Part shown: positions 36,239-47,473 of the stretch, in pieces
Numbering within the stretch: position 1 is the stretch's first letter
Layout: the number at the start of each line of letters is the position of its first letter
Source: Escherichia virus KFS-EC3
Sequence record: MZ065353.1
Strand: one strand, 5' to 3'
Length of the DNA: 64,000 bases
Notes under the pieces: generated by a model
Database searches by the model: none
What the model was told of the DNA's origin: nothing
The model's input: the letters and a program-made list of their open reading frames with translations, nothing else
Program-made: the position numbers and the translations under genes

Positions 36239-36895
36239 TTATTTAGCCCTTCCTAATATTCTGGCCGCCTGAGCACATATTGATTCAAGGCGGTCATTAC
36301 TTATATGATCATTTCTATACCAGTACATGGTTATTGTTCCAGCATAGATATTATCCAAATTGAAATATGGACAACTGTACATGTAATTTATTTCGGGAGT
36401 AGGCTTTTTAGTCGGTAAAAAAGCAAATTTTGAGTTGGAATAATAATGACGTCCATTTAAATGAACTGCATATTCATCCATAGTTTTATCAACAGGATAT
36501 CCTCCAAGTGATTTTTCACTTATTGTTGAAGGTAATTTTCCTTCATATGCTATAATATCAACAAAATAGTTTAAGTTTTTAGGGCGGAAAGAATACACCG
36601 CACTAAAGTCTGCCTCAGATGATATATGAACTATCTGGAGTTGTTCCAGGGCGACAGATTCAAAGCGTGCATTTCTTTCCTTTTCAATAATTTCACTGTA
36701 TGTTTCATACTTTGATTGCTTATAGTACTCAAAGAAACTATCTCCCCTATACCAAACAATCGCCATTATAAACAAAAGAATTACGACAGCTACCCGGGAA
36801 GCAAGAACTTTCCCGGTAGCGTTATCTTTGAACAAGCGATCTAGAACACCAAACAGAATATCAGAGGGCGAAAATGATATTCTAGGTGCTGCCAT
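36239..36895 (-). CDS. t: holin T
   Basis: 218 aa, single N-terminal TM segment; matches T4 T as recalled. Confidence 0.9.
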   Translation of the reverse strand: MAAPRISFSPSDILFGVLDRLFKDNATGKVLASRVAVVILLFIMAIVWYRGDSFFEYYKQSKYETYSEIIEKERNARFESVALEQLQIVHISSEADFSAVYSFRPKNLNYFVDIIAYEGKLPSTISEKSLGGYPVDKTMDEYAVHLNGRHYYSNSKFAFLPTKKPTPEINYMYSCPYFNLDNIYAGTITMYWYRNDHISNDRLESICAQAARILGRAK

Positions 36896-36926
36896 AGACC
36901 CTCCTTTTAAGGATATTTATTCAAAA

Positions 36927-37712
36927 TTATACTCTTGCACCATATATTGTACCAACTTTAGTCCAAGTTGGAGCATTACCAGTAACAGCTTTACCTGCTG
37001 CGCCGCCGTTATATTCTGATCCTTGACCGCGAATATTACATTTACCTCCTGCAGCTCCGGCATCACCACCATTCCCGCCATTATAGATACCGTTGACAGA
37101 CCCTTTACCGGGTGCAGAAATAGTACCAGCGGTAGCACCTTGTTCCATATTAGCAGAACCACCAGCAGCGCCAAATGGACGACCGCCTCCTCCGCCAAAA
37201 GTCAATTTCATTTGTGAAAAAGGAGAGTAGTATCCGCCGCCGCCACCGCCACCGCCTCCTGCGATAACACCATTGTTGTTAATACGTAATCTAGTTCCAA
37301 TTCCGTTATTTATTGCAGTTCCTCCTGCTCCACCGGCAGAGTTATTTCCACCATTCCCGCCGCGACCCCAAACATGCACACCTGAATTGATATTAAGTGT
37401 CACATACGCATTAGTTAACGAGCTAGGAAAATCTAAGCATGGAACACCAGTAGATTGAGAAACAATATTTCCTGTAATAGTAATAACAACAGGAGTGCTT
37501 CCTTGGGCTTTTATCCAATTTATTAGTGTGTCTTTATTATAAGAATTGCTAGCACCAATGCTGTAATATACTTCTTTAGATTGTCCGGCCATTGAGCTCA
37601 TCCAACCAGGAACTGAAACACGAACTGCTTTCATTGCAGCATCCATCCAACGTTGTCCAGTTTCATTCACGGCAGATTCACCAATCCAGCCAGGAACACC
37701 TACAATTGCCAT
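36927..37712 (-). CDS. 38: long tail fibre tip adhesin gp38 (T2/T6 type)
   Basis: 261 aa; conserved N-terminus MAIVGVPGWIG; poly-Gly motifs GGGGGGGGGYYSP. Confidence 0.8.
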   Translation of the reverse strand: MAIVGVPGWIGESAVNETGQRWMDAAMKAVRVSVPGWMSSMAGQSKEVYYSIGASNSYNKDTLINWIKAQGSTPVVITITGNIVSQSTGVPCLDFPSSLTNAYVTLNINSGVHVWGRGGNGGNNSAGGAGGTAINNGIGTRLRINNNGVIAGGGGGGGGGYYSPFSQMKLTFGGGGGRPFGAAGGSANMEQGATAGTISAPGKGSVNGIYNGGNGGDAGAAGGKCNIRGQGSEYNGGAAGKAVTGNAPTWTKVGTIYGARV

Positions 37713-37742
37713 TAAAAATCCTTAGAGGGCCGAAGCCCTCTT

Positions 37743-40700
37743 TTACATAAGTTTAGATTCAAGTTCTTTTACACGAGAAGAAAGTGTTTTCACAGCTTCA
37801 ACCAGAAGAGCAATCTGGGCTTGAGAAGAAACAGTGAGTATTTTATTACCCTTGCTGTCTTCTGTTTCATGGACAGCTTCTGGTAAAACGTCTTGCAACG
37901 TTTGAGCTATAATACCCGCTTCGGTTTGAACAGGTTCACCGCCTATATATTCAGCTTTGTCATAGATTAAACCATCAAGTTGCTCAACCCTTTCGAGCGC
38001 ATTTTTAATAGGTTTAAAATTAGATTTCAAGCGAACATCAGAACGAATATAAACGTTAGGAGCATTGACGTTTTTCTCGGAATAAACTTCACTTGAGGTG
38101 AATCTAACAACTTTAACGTTGTTCGCCCACGCTTCTAAAAGCCCATCGCCTACTTGTCTAAAACCAGTATCACTATCACCAATTGCAATGGAGTTACCAC
38201 CCCAACCATTTGTTGTATTAATACCAAAAGAGTTAGTCTGTGTTATACCCGAAAGAACAGCAGAGTTAAATGAACATTGGTTACTACCGCCCGGTGAACG
38301 CTGGAAATAAACCAAATAATTTGATTCATCGGCAATTTCAATACGGTTGCCACGTGTGGCATCTCCAGCATGGAATATACTCATGTTTCTTGGATTAGCG
38401 CCAGACTTATTAAAGTGAATATAACCGTTGTTTTTGAGGGCAATATCGTTATAGAACTCTGATATCCCAGAAACACTCATCGAGTTTGAAATAGTTACTT
38501 TACCTGAAGCGATATTGATAGAAAAAGGTCTCAAGCTATTATAAGAACCCGAGGCTTTAGTTTTATCAGTATCGGTATTTTTATCTGTTAATAATATGTG
38601 GAACGTAGTACCATCATTATAAAACAGAGCAGCTGCAGAGCCGCTTTCGTCACCGTTAGATTTGTGACGATATCCTATAGTAGTATTTGCCACAAAAGTT
38701 GCATTTGTAGAAATATTAGAACTACCCGCGTCAAAAACGCCTGAGCTATTATTAAGAAGTTTAAAAACACGACCTTTAACAATATCTACAGGAAGCTCTG
38801 CTACTGGTGATTGCGTAGGCCCATATAATCCATGAACTACCACAGAAGCATTTTCTGAAGTGCTATATTCTATGGTAAGTCTATTTAAATAAGTGCCGCA
38901 ACTAATATAAACATCATACTCATCTCCTGAGGTATTAATATACGCAATATCTTTAATAGCATCTGTTTCACGTTGCCATAAAACACCGTTAATTCCTTTA
39001 GGCGTATTATTACCAGAACGTAATACAATTTCATTAATTGTTGCTTGTTTGAAAATACCAACGTTAAAACCGGAACCGCCTGTTATTTTAAATTGGACTG
39101 TAGCTACACCTTGAGGCATAGTTACTGTTGCCAATTTATACCAACCGCTTACAGAAGAATAGTTAATCCAGCCGGTAGTTACTTTACGGTTTAAAGTCGT
39201 ATCTAAGTTAGAAAAATTACCAGAACCACCGGTAATATTACCAGTTCTATCAAATCTGACTTTGCCTGCTATTAAATCGCGAGGTGAAATAAAATCACCG
39301 TTTTTAATAAATTCCCATCCAAAATCTGCTGTTTGTGGTCCTGAAGAACCGTTATCTCCGCCACCATGATAATGAACCCTGAAGTTACCATTATTAATTA
39401 AAGTTCCTAATGAATAGCAACCATTACCTTGGACATAACGTTGCTTCAAAATAGGAACATAAGTGCTTGTATCGGTTCTATCTATATTCATGTAGAACGG
39501 AGCACGAACGTTTTCATTATTTTGTGAAGCGAACGAACCTGCACCAGCAGGGCGAACAGCATCAGTACATTCTGCATCAATGTACGCAGCCTGACCTAAC
39601 TGCATACGGTAATTAGGAGAAATACGACTATGACTAGTAACAACAACAAGTTTATTATCGTTGTCTACAGTAATCATATTGCCGCCTCTGCCGTCATCGC
39701 CTAACGTGACAGAATGACGCATTTGTACCATACCATTATTAAGGCTGATACTTAGTGGGCGGAGATTACTTATTCCACCACTTTCACCGGCATCTTTAGG
39801 AGTCGGGATAATATGTAATGATGCTTCTGAACGACGGAAAATAGCACCATATTCAGCATTCCAAATTCTTAATGCATCTGCTGTTCCACCAAATTTAGCT
39901 TGTCCATTTACAGATAATCCATTATTTGCAACTAAACTGGATTCAGTAACAATAGAACCAGATGATGTAATACCGCCAGAAGTTAATAATGCTCCGGCAA
40001 CTCTAAATTGAATTGGTCCGACAGTCGAACCTGTTGCTGGAGCTACACGCTGTGCATAAAAATAATATCCCTGCCCGTCAGCCACTTCAAAAACTGTTTC
40101 ACGAGCACGATCGCCAGATGCGTTAAATGAATTACCCCACGCTTTAATAGATACATAACTTTTGTTCTGACCTGCGCGAGTACCACCAGCCCACAGTATA
40201 GTTTTAGTGCCATCTGCTGATGTAGGAGCGTCAAGTTGAATACCGTCAGGTCTAGCACCAGTAAGAACTAATCCGTTATCAAATTTAATTCTTTGTATTG
40301 AAGATACTGTTCCATTAGCATAAAACTGTACGTTATTAGAGCCAGTTACCAATTTCAAAATACCAGGGTTAATTTCCATACCTTCCTGTGTATTAATGTT
40401 GGTTTGGCCTTTACCGCGGAAATAATGGGAAAATTTACCGCCAGAATTATATCCAATGTGGGTTTGACCATCACCTGCATTGTTTGTATCAGCTTGGGTT
40501 TGAACCGATAAAAGCGCGGCGTTGGTTCCAGGCATTGTCCAGGTTCCGCCTTGGTCTTCTGAGCGTCCAAATAATGCTTTACGAGTACTACGGAAACTAT
40601 CCGGGGTAATAGATGCAACGGAATTCCAATTACCTACTAAATCATAAACGCCTTGCTTAATATATTTTAAACCGGTTGCAGCATCACCCAAAGCAATATA

Positions 40701-41639
40701 TCTTTCTCCCATTGGAGTAGGAGAGCCATAATTGTTAGTATTTTCATCAGTGGTAATTGTGCCAATAGCAAGCGAACGACGTAATACCATTGCGCCATCA
40801 TTACGAAGACCCATTAATTTAGTAGTAAGCGAGTTTCCGGTCCACCAAGAAATTTCATCATTCTTACCGGTTTGAGCTGAAGCGATTTCATGGTAAATAG
40901 TTCCACCTGATTTAGCTCGAACTTTACGAAGATAGTTTATACCATTTTCTTCGCCTGTTCCAGGATAAACATATTGAACTAATGATTGCGAATCATATTG
41001 TCCGAATGCTTTTGTATCTAAAATAATATTTTTAGTATTAATTTGAGGTGAAGTAATATTTCCAATAGCTGCAATATTTCCAGATGTAGTTATACTACCT
41101 CCTGATACTGCTAAACCTCCTGTATCAACAACAAATCCACCGTCACGTCGAAACGTCCAATATTTCGAATCGCCAGATTCATTAATATAATGAATCTTCA
41201 ACGAACCTTCAGAAACTAAAGTACCTAATGAAAAAGTTCCATCTTTAAAGCGCTGCTTAATTATAGGATTATATTCAGATGTGGAAAGAGCTGAGCTCAA
41301 ATCTACAAAAATTGGGGCTTTTGCAGCATGTTGACCAGCCCAAGCCCCACTTCCAGTAGTACGATAATTAAACTCAATATATCCACCGCTTGCTACAATT
41401 TGCGGACCAATTAAATTAAATTTTCCAGTCTGTGTATAATCACCGGTTTGAGTGATATTTCCACTGATATTACCGCCAGCAGAAATGCTTAAATCAATGA
41501 TATTTCCTGAATCATCTTTAGTAAAAATTGTTCTATCTTTTAAGTTTATAGCCAATTCACCTTCGGCTAATACTGAAGCAGCAGGACGTGCACCTGCGGT
41601 TTTGCTTCTTTTAAATTGTATTTGTTTTAAAGTAGCCAT
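37743..41639 (-). CDS. 37: long tail fibre distal subunit gp37 with C-terminal chaperone-like domain
   Basis: 1298 aa; N-terminus [13 protein letters not shown]; C-terminal ...[11 protein letters not shown]...ELESKLM. Confidence 0.85.
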   Translation of the reverse strand: MATLKQIQFKRSKTAGARPAASVLAEGELAINLKDRTIFTKDDSGNIIDLSISAGGNISGNITQTGDYTQTGKFNLIGPQIVASGGYIEFNYRTTGSGAWAGQHAAKAPIFVDLSSALSTSEYNPIIKQRFKDGTFSLGTLVSEGSLKIHYINESGDSKYWTFRRDGGFVVDTGGLAVSGGSITTSGNIAAIGNITSPQINTKNIILDTKAFGQYDSQSLVQYVYPGTGEENGINYLRKVRAKSGGTIYHEIASAQTGKNDEISWWTGNSLTTKLMGLRNDGAMVLRRSLAIGTITTDENTNNYGSPTPMGERYIALGDAATGLKYIKQGVYDLVGNWNSVASITPDSFRSTRKALFGRSEDQGGTWTMPGTNAALLSVQTQADTNNAGDGQTHIGYNSGGKFSHYFRGKGQTNINTQEGMEINPGILKLVTGSNNVQFYANGTVSSIQRIKFDNGLVLTGARPDGIQLDAPTSADGTKTILWAGGTRAGQNKSYVSIKAWGNSFNASGDRARETVFEVADGQGYYFYAQRVAPATGSTVGPIQFRVAGALLTSGGITSSGSIVTESSLVANNGLSVNGQAKFGGTADALRIWNAEYGAIFRRSEASLHIIPTPKDAGESGGISNLRPLSISLNNGMVQMRHSVTLGDDGRGGNMITVDNDNKLVVVTSHSRISPNYRMQLGQAAYIDAECTDAVRPAGAGSFASQNNENVRAPFYMNIDRTDTSTYVPILKQRYVQGNGCYSLGTLINNGNFRVHYHGGGDNGSSGPQTADFGWEFIKNGDFISPRDLIAGKVRFDRTGNITGGSGNFSNLDTTLNRKVTTGWINYSSVSGWYKLATVTMPQGVATVQFKITGGSGFNVGIFKQATINEIVLRSGNNTPKGINGVLWQRETDAIKDIAYINTSGDEYDVYISCGTYLNRLTIEYSTSENASVVVHGLYGPTQSPVAELPVDIVKGRVFKLLNNSSGVFDAGSSNISTNATFVANTTIGYRHKSNGDESGSAAALFYNDGTTFHILLTDKNTDTDKTKASGSYNSLRPFSINIASGKVTISNSMSVSGISEFYNDIALKNNGYIHFNKSGANPRNMSIFHAGDATRGNRIEIADESNYLVYFQRSPGGSNQCSFNSAVLSGITQTNSFGINTTNGWGGNSIAIGDSDTGFRQVGDGLLEAWANNVKVVRFTSSEVYSEKNVNAPNVYIRSDVRLKSNFKPIKNALERVEQLDGLIYDKAEYIGGEPVQTEAGIIAQTLQDVLPEAVHETEDSKGNKILTVSSQAQIALLVEAVKTLSSRVKELESKLM

Positions 41640-41647
41640 AAGTCCTC

Positions 41648-42313
41648 TTAATAATAGCCGAAATCTTGAACAGAATCCTTAATTACGATTTGGTCAAATC
41701 GCGGAACGTGTGAAGGTTGAGACGCAGGATTCTGCGAGAAAAAGTTTGGTGCGGTTAAGTTTCCTGTCATAGTGTCACCAGATCGTAACACTCTAGAGTT
41801 TGCATTTGCCGTAACAGTATTTATTGCTCCATCAACATAGTCCTTTCTAGTAAGGTCATTTGCTGCTATAGGAGCGGCCGCATCACTTCTTACTTGACCA
41901 GTCGCCGACACAACACCTTTTGTGCTAATATCACCATTACGTGTGTTAATTACCACAGTTCGAGCTGCTGAACCCTGTGATGATTTAAAACCAATACCAT
42001 ACCATGAAACAATATCAATATTTGCTGTAGCAAAAGTAGCTGCATCGCCATTACCTGGATAAATACCGCACGGGTTTGTATTGTTTACAGCATATGGTAC
42101 TTGAACACCAGCATTAAATGTTACCTTTGACGCAAAAGTACCACCATTAGCTTTAGAAACGAAATCGTTATCAACAGCTTGTGGTTTATTATATTCTGAA
42201 TATATTTTAAATGATTTATAGAGTACATCGTCACCGGCTGGATTCAATGGAAAATTTCCTTGATGCCAAATGACAGAGCCTCCAGTTGTTGAACCTACTT
42301 TTAAATCAGCCAT
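41648..42313 (-). CDS. 36: long tail fibre hinge protein gp36
   Basis: 221 aa; synteny 34-35-36-37. Confidence 0.85.
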   Translation of the reverse strand: MADLKVGSTTGGSVIWHQGNFPLNPAGDDVLYKSFKIYSEYNKPQAVDNDFVSKANGGTFASKVTFNAGVQVPYAVNNTNPCGIYPGNGDAATFATANIDIVSWYGIGFKSSQGSAARTVVINTRNGDISTKGVVSATGQVRSDAAAPIAANDLTRKDYVDGAINTVTANANSRVLRSGDTMTGNLTAPNFFSQNPASQPSHVPRFDQIVIKDSVQDFGYY

Positions 42314-42336
42314 TGTATGCCCCTTTATTTTAATAG

Positions 42337-42344
42337 TATTTATA
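42337..42344 (-). promoter_or_regulatory. late promoter (TATAAATA) for genes 36-37-38
   Basis: Exact late octamer on minus strand about 24 nt upstream of gene 36 start. Confidence 0.45.
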
Positions 42345-42347
42345 AAG

Positions 42348-42370
42348 AAAAAGGGAACCCGAAGGCTCCC
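42348..42370 (-). terminator. Rho-independent terminator after gene 35
   Basis: Minus-strand hairpin GGGAGCC-TTCG-GGTTCCC followed by TTTTT. Confidence 0.55.
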
Positions 42371-42375
42371 TCAAT

Positions 42376-43491
42376 TTATACTTCTCTAAATTCTTGTCCA
42401 AACACTTTACCAGTTTTAGACGATGCTTGCGTAGGAAGTACCATTATATCCGGAGGTGAAGCAGATTCACAGATATAATTAACACGAATACCATTGACGC
42501 CAAATTCAGCAGGTTTCGAAATACCTCCATTTCTTGACACTTCAGAAAAGCTTAAACTTCTCATGCCACCTTGACCAGCTTGTGCTGTTCTTTGCGCATA
42601 TATCGTAAATCCGACAGCGTTTTCTGGAACAACTACATAATCTTCCTTTAATTCCCAAGACCCAGCTTGCCCGGTAAACTCAGCTTGTGTCGAGGAAATA
42701 TATCCATTCGATGCATTATAAAAACGGATAGATATATTTGTAGTTCCAAGCGCAAGTAAATCGGCATCAGCATATAACTGTGCTTTAAGATAAAGAACAT
42801 CACCAGGGATTAAATTATAGTCAGATAATTTACTTATCGCAGCTGAAGTTGGTAGACGTGCAATTTCGTTATTAGTTCCACCAACCGCTGACATAAATTG
42901 CTCAACGCTTTCATACGTTCTTCTTGGAAACCCGGTAGCTCCAACGTCTTCTAAACTGTCAAATACAACATCTAAAATAGTTTGATAGTCATCTGTGCTT
43001 TTTCTATTACTTAGTTTAACATGCTCTAATGCAATAGCTCTTTTAGAAGAAGTGTAAAAAGCAGCGTATGATACGTCAAATCTTGACAATATAGAATCAG
43101 ACGGAAAAGCAGACGTTCCTGCGGCTCTTAGCCAAGATACTACTTCAGGAGGAAAATTAACCTTTCCGCTAGTTAATATAGCAACAAGTCTGTTATTCGT
43201 CAAAGAATTCATGAAACTAACAAAAGCAGCCGATGTAGTATCATTTGAAGCCGAAAAAGCATATGACTTACTATCAACTAATGCTCCGGTGGAAGGGTCA
43301 AAAACTCTTAAATGAAGTCCTGTGTTAAATGTTTGACTTCCAACAGGATTATCCTGAAATTTAACGTATGGTCCTGCCGTAGAAAGCGGGCAAGAACCCG
43401 CTATACTTATTTTATATCTTACTGAATTACTTTCCGATAAAAATGGCGTTTGGACATATCCTTGTCCAAACTCTGCCATAAATTTTTCCAT
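42376..43491 (-). CDS. 35: long tail fibre hinge connector gp35
   Basis: 371 aa; synteny. Confidence 0.85.
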   Translation of the reverse strand: MEKFMAEFGQGYVQTPFLSESNSVRYKISIAGSCPLSTAGPYVKFQDNPVGSQTFNTGLHLRVFDPSTGALVDSKSYAFSASNDTTSAAFVSFMNSLTNNRLVAILTSGKVNFPPEVVSWLRAAGTSAFPSDSILSRFDVSYAAFYTSSKRAIALEHVKLSNRKSTDDYQTILDVVFDSLEDVGATGFPRRTYESVEQFMSAVGGTNNEIARLPTSAAISKLSDYNLIPGDVLYLKAQLYADADLLALGTTNISIRFYNASNGYISSTQAEFTGQAGSWELKEDYVVVPENAVGFTIYAQRTAQAGQGGMRSLSFSEVSRNGGISKPAEFGVNGIRVNYICESASPPDIMVLPTQASSKTGKVFGQEFREV

Positions 43492-43499
43492 AATACCTC

Positions 43500-46400
43500 T
43501 TATTCAACCCATTCAAATTTAACCGTTTTATTCACTGGGTCAGGAATAATGCGAACATTACCAATTCGTAAGAAATCACGAATAGTAAGATTCCCCATTG
43601 TAGCATTATCAGATGGTAAAGCACCAATATCAGATGGTTGTGGAGGGTTACCTCCATCAAATACCTGAACAAAACTTGACCAAGAGTTTTTGGTTTTCTG
43701 CCATGTACGCGTCCAACGAGTGGTGCGTGCTTCTGGAGTCGTTGGATAAGTAATCCAATCTTGGTAAAGCGAATCAAGTGTGTTACCAAACTGAGTCAAT
43801 GTACCAGGAGATTTAACTTCTTCGCCACGTTCTAAGTACGGAAGCCCAGTCACTTCATTAGTTTTTTCAACCATTTTAAAATAACCTGGAAACTGGTTAT
43901 AAGTAGCTGAATCATTAATATCGATTGACCAGAATCCTACAGTATCAGATGTTGGCGCACGGGTATATAAGTCAGATGTTTTAGTGCCCTGAGAACGAAT
44001 TCTCGAGTTAACAGTTAAACCACCTGAATTTATAGTAGCACCTTTGGCAATGATTAAGCTTTCACCAATCGTTACTTGACCAGATACATTATTAATAGCT
44101 AAAGGACGTAATCCATTAAATCCGCCAGTCTGATCACCCGATGCAGTAAGCATAAAATAGGTGTTAGCAGCATCATTGCGAATAAAGAATCCATAGTCGC
44201 CATTTATTGCTCTAAAAGCATTTGCAGACTTGCTGATGAATTCACCCTGCGCGGTCACCGAACGACCGAATGTTGCAACGCCATTCACATTCATTAACCC
44301 GGAAGCATTAATATTTATCGGCATTACAGTACCATTAATGCTAAACGCTATATTACCATCTTTATTGCGTTGAGAATAAAAGTGATTAGACGTTTCATCA
44401 CCAACTTCAAATACAGTAGAACGTGTTGTATCTGAACCGCCACCAAACTGATTTCCCCAAACTCTGATAGTCATCGTCTGCACTGGGTTAGTTCCAGTTT
44501 GAGGTCCTTTCTCAAAAATCAGACGAGTTGCCGTTCCAGTATTAGAAATAGTTAATGTGCTGTTTGCCGAAACTGATCCGCCAAACGTAGCAGTACTAGA
44601 TGATACAAGAGGGGCACTCAGATTCGTTTGTTGGGTTAAGGTTAGTGAACCATTAACCGTCTGTGCAATATCCCTACGAATGAATTGAGATGAATCTAGA
44701 CCATCTAATAAATTTGTATCAGCAGCTTTTGCTTTTAACGGCAAATAATTTGCTAATACACGGTTTAATTCATATGGCGATACTGCATAGCTATTTTTCT
44801 CGTATAGCTCTAAGTCCTGCGTAGAACCAGCTGTATCATTACCAACGAATGTAATTGAACCAGATGAAGTTTTAACAAAGCCTCTTATCGCAGTAGTAGC
44901 TGCCCAAGTAGGTTCACTCTGTACAATCCATTTTAAATTTTTTGGAGATACAGCAGTATTTGCTGACGTTCCAGTTACAGTTTCAGACTGAGTTGCAACT
45001 TTAATAACACCTTCCTGCGATTCGGTAGATTTAGTACCTAAAAGCTTTTTAGGAGTTATTAAAACATTATCCAATGTTCCTGCAGCAGCTTCAACCTGTG
45101 TAGCTACACGAAGTGTACCACGTTGTGTCTCATTTGCTTCAAGAATATTAAGGGTATAATGGTCCCAGAGAGTTCCTGATTCAACTAATCCAGATAGAGC
45201 AACAACAGAAGTACGATCAGTACTATTAAATCTAGTTTTAATTTTTAATGGTGTAGAGATACGAGTATCGTCGACGCCTGCGTCGAATTCAACTTGTGTA
45301 GCAATTTCAGCTATACCACTTAAACTTTCAGTTGCTTTACGGTCATTTAAAGTTTTAGGAGTGACTGCACGAGTATAATCAGTTCCTGTATTAACTTCAC
45401 TTTGTGTAGCAATTTCAATTAAACCAATTCTTCCATCAGTTGATGTCTTTTTATGTAACGTTTCTGGCGTTACAACCGCATTTGCCCATCCTTCTTGACT
45501 CTGCCCAGCAATTACTTCACTTTCAACTGCTAAAATTACTGCACCTTGTTGTGTTGGAGTAGCTTTATACTGATCCAGAGCTTTAGGCGAAACAACTAAA
45601 TTATTAGTGTTTTTATTATAAACGTTTGTACCATTTAATTCACGACTAGAAGCTGGAGTAGCTCCTGCGGTAGATACAAAGGTTACAATACCTGATAATG
45701 ATTCAGAACCCTGACGAGCTTGAAGCTTTTTAGGAGTGATGATTGTAGTATCATCAGTACCTGCATTAGTTTCCTGTTGCGTAGCAATTTCGGCAACACC
45801 TCTACGAGTTTCTGTAGCAGTTCTTTCATTCAGCTTTTTAGGAGTGATGATAATATCATCAGCAAAAGAGAATGTAGTATCCTGGTTTACTTGAGCAGTA
45901 GTTGCTATTCTTGCGATACCTCTGCGGGTTTCTGTAGCAGTACGATTAGCTAATGTTTCTGGAGTAATTGCTAATTCTTTTTGAGGTGAATTTTCTAAAT
46001 CAGCATTTGCTTGAGCCTGTGTAGCTAAAGCAATTACACCTAATCTTGCTCTAGTAGAATCATTTAAAGAATCTACTCTTTCAACTGTTGGAACGTTTTG
46101 CTGTACAACCCAGTATTTTCCATCAGAATCTTCTATATAAGCAAGTTGTAAAACTGGAACATAATTAGTTTCACCGTTAAAAACTAATTCTTGGACAGTT
46201 ACCCATTTAGTTTCAGGCGGATATTCTGAACGTTTTGGGAATTGCAATAATTGAACTGAAGAAGCAATTTTATCTTCTGGAGCAGCTTTAATTTTAACTG
46301 TTTGTCCTTTTCTCATGTAATTCATGGAAATTTTAACAGTATCACCAACAGAAATATTAGTTGGAAGCTGAAGCTCAATCGTTTGAGTTGTTCCATTATT

Positions 46401-47369
46401 CGCACCAAATACCATAACTTCTTCGTTTGGACGAATGTTTGAATTAGTCGTTATGATGCGTAAACGTGCTTTACTGTCCCCGTCAAACAATCTCCATAAT
46501 TTCTCATTATCATCAAACATCAAGAAACCGTCAATCGATGTACGGCCTTCAATGGAATGAGTTCCATCTTCTTGTACTGATGTCGTTTCATCATATGTCG
46601 TAACAATTGTATGATAAAGAGGGTTTAATTTATCCAAATCGACGAAATTAATAATATCGCCGTGATTAGCAAATCTCGGAAGTTTAATATTTATCGGTGC
46701 AGCAGAAGTAAATCTACGTACGATAAAGTCGTTGGATTGCGCTTGATAAGTATTCGCTGGTGTTACAACTACAGCTTCTCTACTATAATCAGCAATATAC
46801 ATTTGCCACAGACGATTACTAAAAATTAAAACTATCTGTGATTTTGGATGAGTCATTAGTACTGATCGTACTTGCTGACCTCTAAAATTTACAATGCTTT
46901 GTACTGGAGCTACAATTAAAACTTGATTAACGCCAGGTTTTCCTCCAATATCTTGGAGAACGATAGTATCACCGTCAATTGGTGAAGACGGTAAAGTAAA
47001 TGTAATATCATTACCAGCTGCAGTATTAACAGAAATTGCTTCACCGGATTTTAACTGATAAGAACCAGATGAAACTGTAGTCCAGTTAGCATCAGTACGT
47101 AATGCTCTCCAACGTGCGCTATTAAAAGCTCCTGCTGGTTTTGAAATATCATTTATAGCAGCCCAAAAGCGGTTATCATAAATGATTACAAAATCTTTTA
47201 AATATCCACGAGTTGGATCATATTGTTGAACTGTATTTTCTTGAATTAAGTAATCAACGTTAACACCGTCAGTTCCTACGGTACGATTAGCTAAAGCTAC
47301 GTTGATTATTTTATCGCCACCTGCGTCCAGACCATCTTCTGCTCTGAACTTTCTTTTAATCTCGGCCAT
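43500..47369 (-). CDS. 34: long tail fibre proximal subunit gp34
   Basis: 1289 aa; N-terminus MAEIKRKFRAEDGLDAGGDKIINVALA; repeated ETRRG...ATQ motifs. Confidence 0.9.
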   Translation of the reverse strand: MAEIKRKFRAEDGLDAGGDKIINVALANRTVGTDGVNVDYLIQENTVQQYDPTRGYLKDFVIIYDNRFWAAINDISKPAGAFNSARWRALRTDANWTTVSSGSYQLKSGEAISVNTAAGNDITFTLPSSPIDGDTIVLQDIGGKPGVNQVLIVAPVQSIVNFRGQQVRSVLMTHPKSQIVLIFSNRLWQMYIADYSREAVVVTPANTYQAQSNDFIVRRFTSAAPINIKLPRFANHGDIINFVDLDKLNPLYHTIVTTYDETTSVQEDGTHSIEGRTSIDGFLMFDDNEKLWRLFDGDSKARLRIITTNSNIRPNEEVMVFGANNGTTQTIELQLPTNISVGDTVKISMNYMRKGQTVKIKAAPEDKIASSVQLLQFPKRSEYPPETKWVTVQELVFNGETNYVPVLQLAYIEDSDGKYWVVQQNVPTVERVDSLNDSTRARLGVIALATQAQANADLENSPQKELAITPETLANRTATETRRGIARIATTAQVNQDTTFSFADDIIITPKKLNERTATETRRGVAEIATQQETNAGTDDTTIITPKKLQARQGSESLSGIVTFVSTAGATPASSRELNGTNVYNKNTNNLVVSPKALDQYKATPTQQGAVILAVESEVIAGQSQEGWANAVVTPETLHKKTSTDGRIGLIEIATQSEVNTGTDYTRAVTPKTLNDRKATESLSGIAEIATQVEFDAGVDDTRISTPLKIKTRFNSTDRTSVVALSGLVESGTLWDHYTLNILEANETQRGTLRVATQVEAAAGTLDNVLITPKKLLGTKSTESQEGVIKVATQSETVTGTSANTAVSPKNLKWIVQSEPTWAATTAIRGFVKTSSGSITFVGNDTAGSTQDLELYEKNSYAVSPYELNRVLANYLPLKAKAADTNLLDGLDSSQFIRRDIAQTVNGSLTLTQQTNLSAPLVSSSTATFGGSVSANSTLTISNTGTATRLIFEKGPQTGTNPVQTMTIRVWGNQFGGGSDTTRSTVFEVGDETSNHFYSQRNKDGNIAFSINGTVMPININASGLMNVNGVATFGRSVTAQGEFISKSANAFRAINGDYGFFIRNDAANTYFMLTASGDQTGGFNGLRPLAINNVSGQVTIGESLIIAKGATINSGGLTVNSRIRSQGTKTSDLYTRAPTSDTVGFWSIDINDSATYNQFPGYFKMVEKTNEVTGLPYLERGEEVKSPGTLTQFGNTLDSLYQDWITYPTTPEARTTRWTRTWQKTKNSWSSFVQVFDGGNPPQPSDIGALPSDNATMGNLTIRDFLRIGNVRIIPDPVNKTVKFEWVE

Positions 47370-47403
47370 TCTCCCGGGCTCCTATTGTGTTTTCAATAAT
47401 AAG

Positions 47404-47411
47404 TATTTATA
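47404..47411 (-). promoter_or_regulatory. late promoter (TATAAATA) for gene 34
   Basis: Exact late octamer on minus strand about 35 nt upstream of gene 34 ATG. Confidence 0.5.
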
Positions 47412-47414
47412 CTT

Positions 47415-47444
47415 GTTTACTTTAAGATTCGGATGGTATATAAT
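47415..47444 (+). promoter_or_regulatory. early promoter for rnh
   Basis: TTTACT-N17-TATAAT, divergent from gene 34. Confidence 0.5.
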
Positions 47445-47473
47445 AGAAATCTCACTAATTGAACGAGGTTCAT

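Noticed and set aside
37200-37270. GGN/GCC trinucleotide repeat run (poly-G/C-rich), considered as a VNTR, CRISPR-like repeat or G-quadruplex element
   Set aside because: It lies in frame inside gp38 on the minus strand and encodes the poly-glycine motif typical of T2-type adhesins; there is no spacer-repeat periodicity.
38098-45953. Short ORFs antisense to or nested within gp37, gp34, gene 39, nrdA and others (e.g. 38098-38310, 40043-40258, 45720-45953, 23562-23744, 55033-55254)
   Set aside because: They sit entirely inside long, well-supported genes on the other strand or in another frame, lack RBSs and have atypical composition; most likely chance ORFs.
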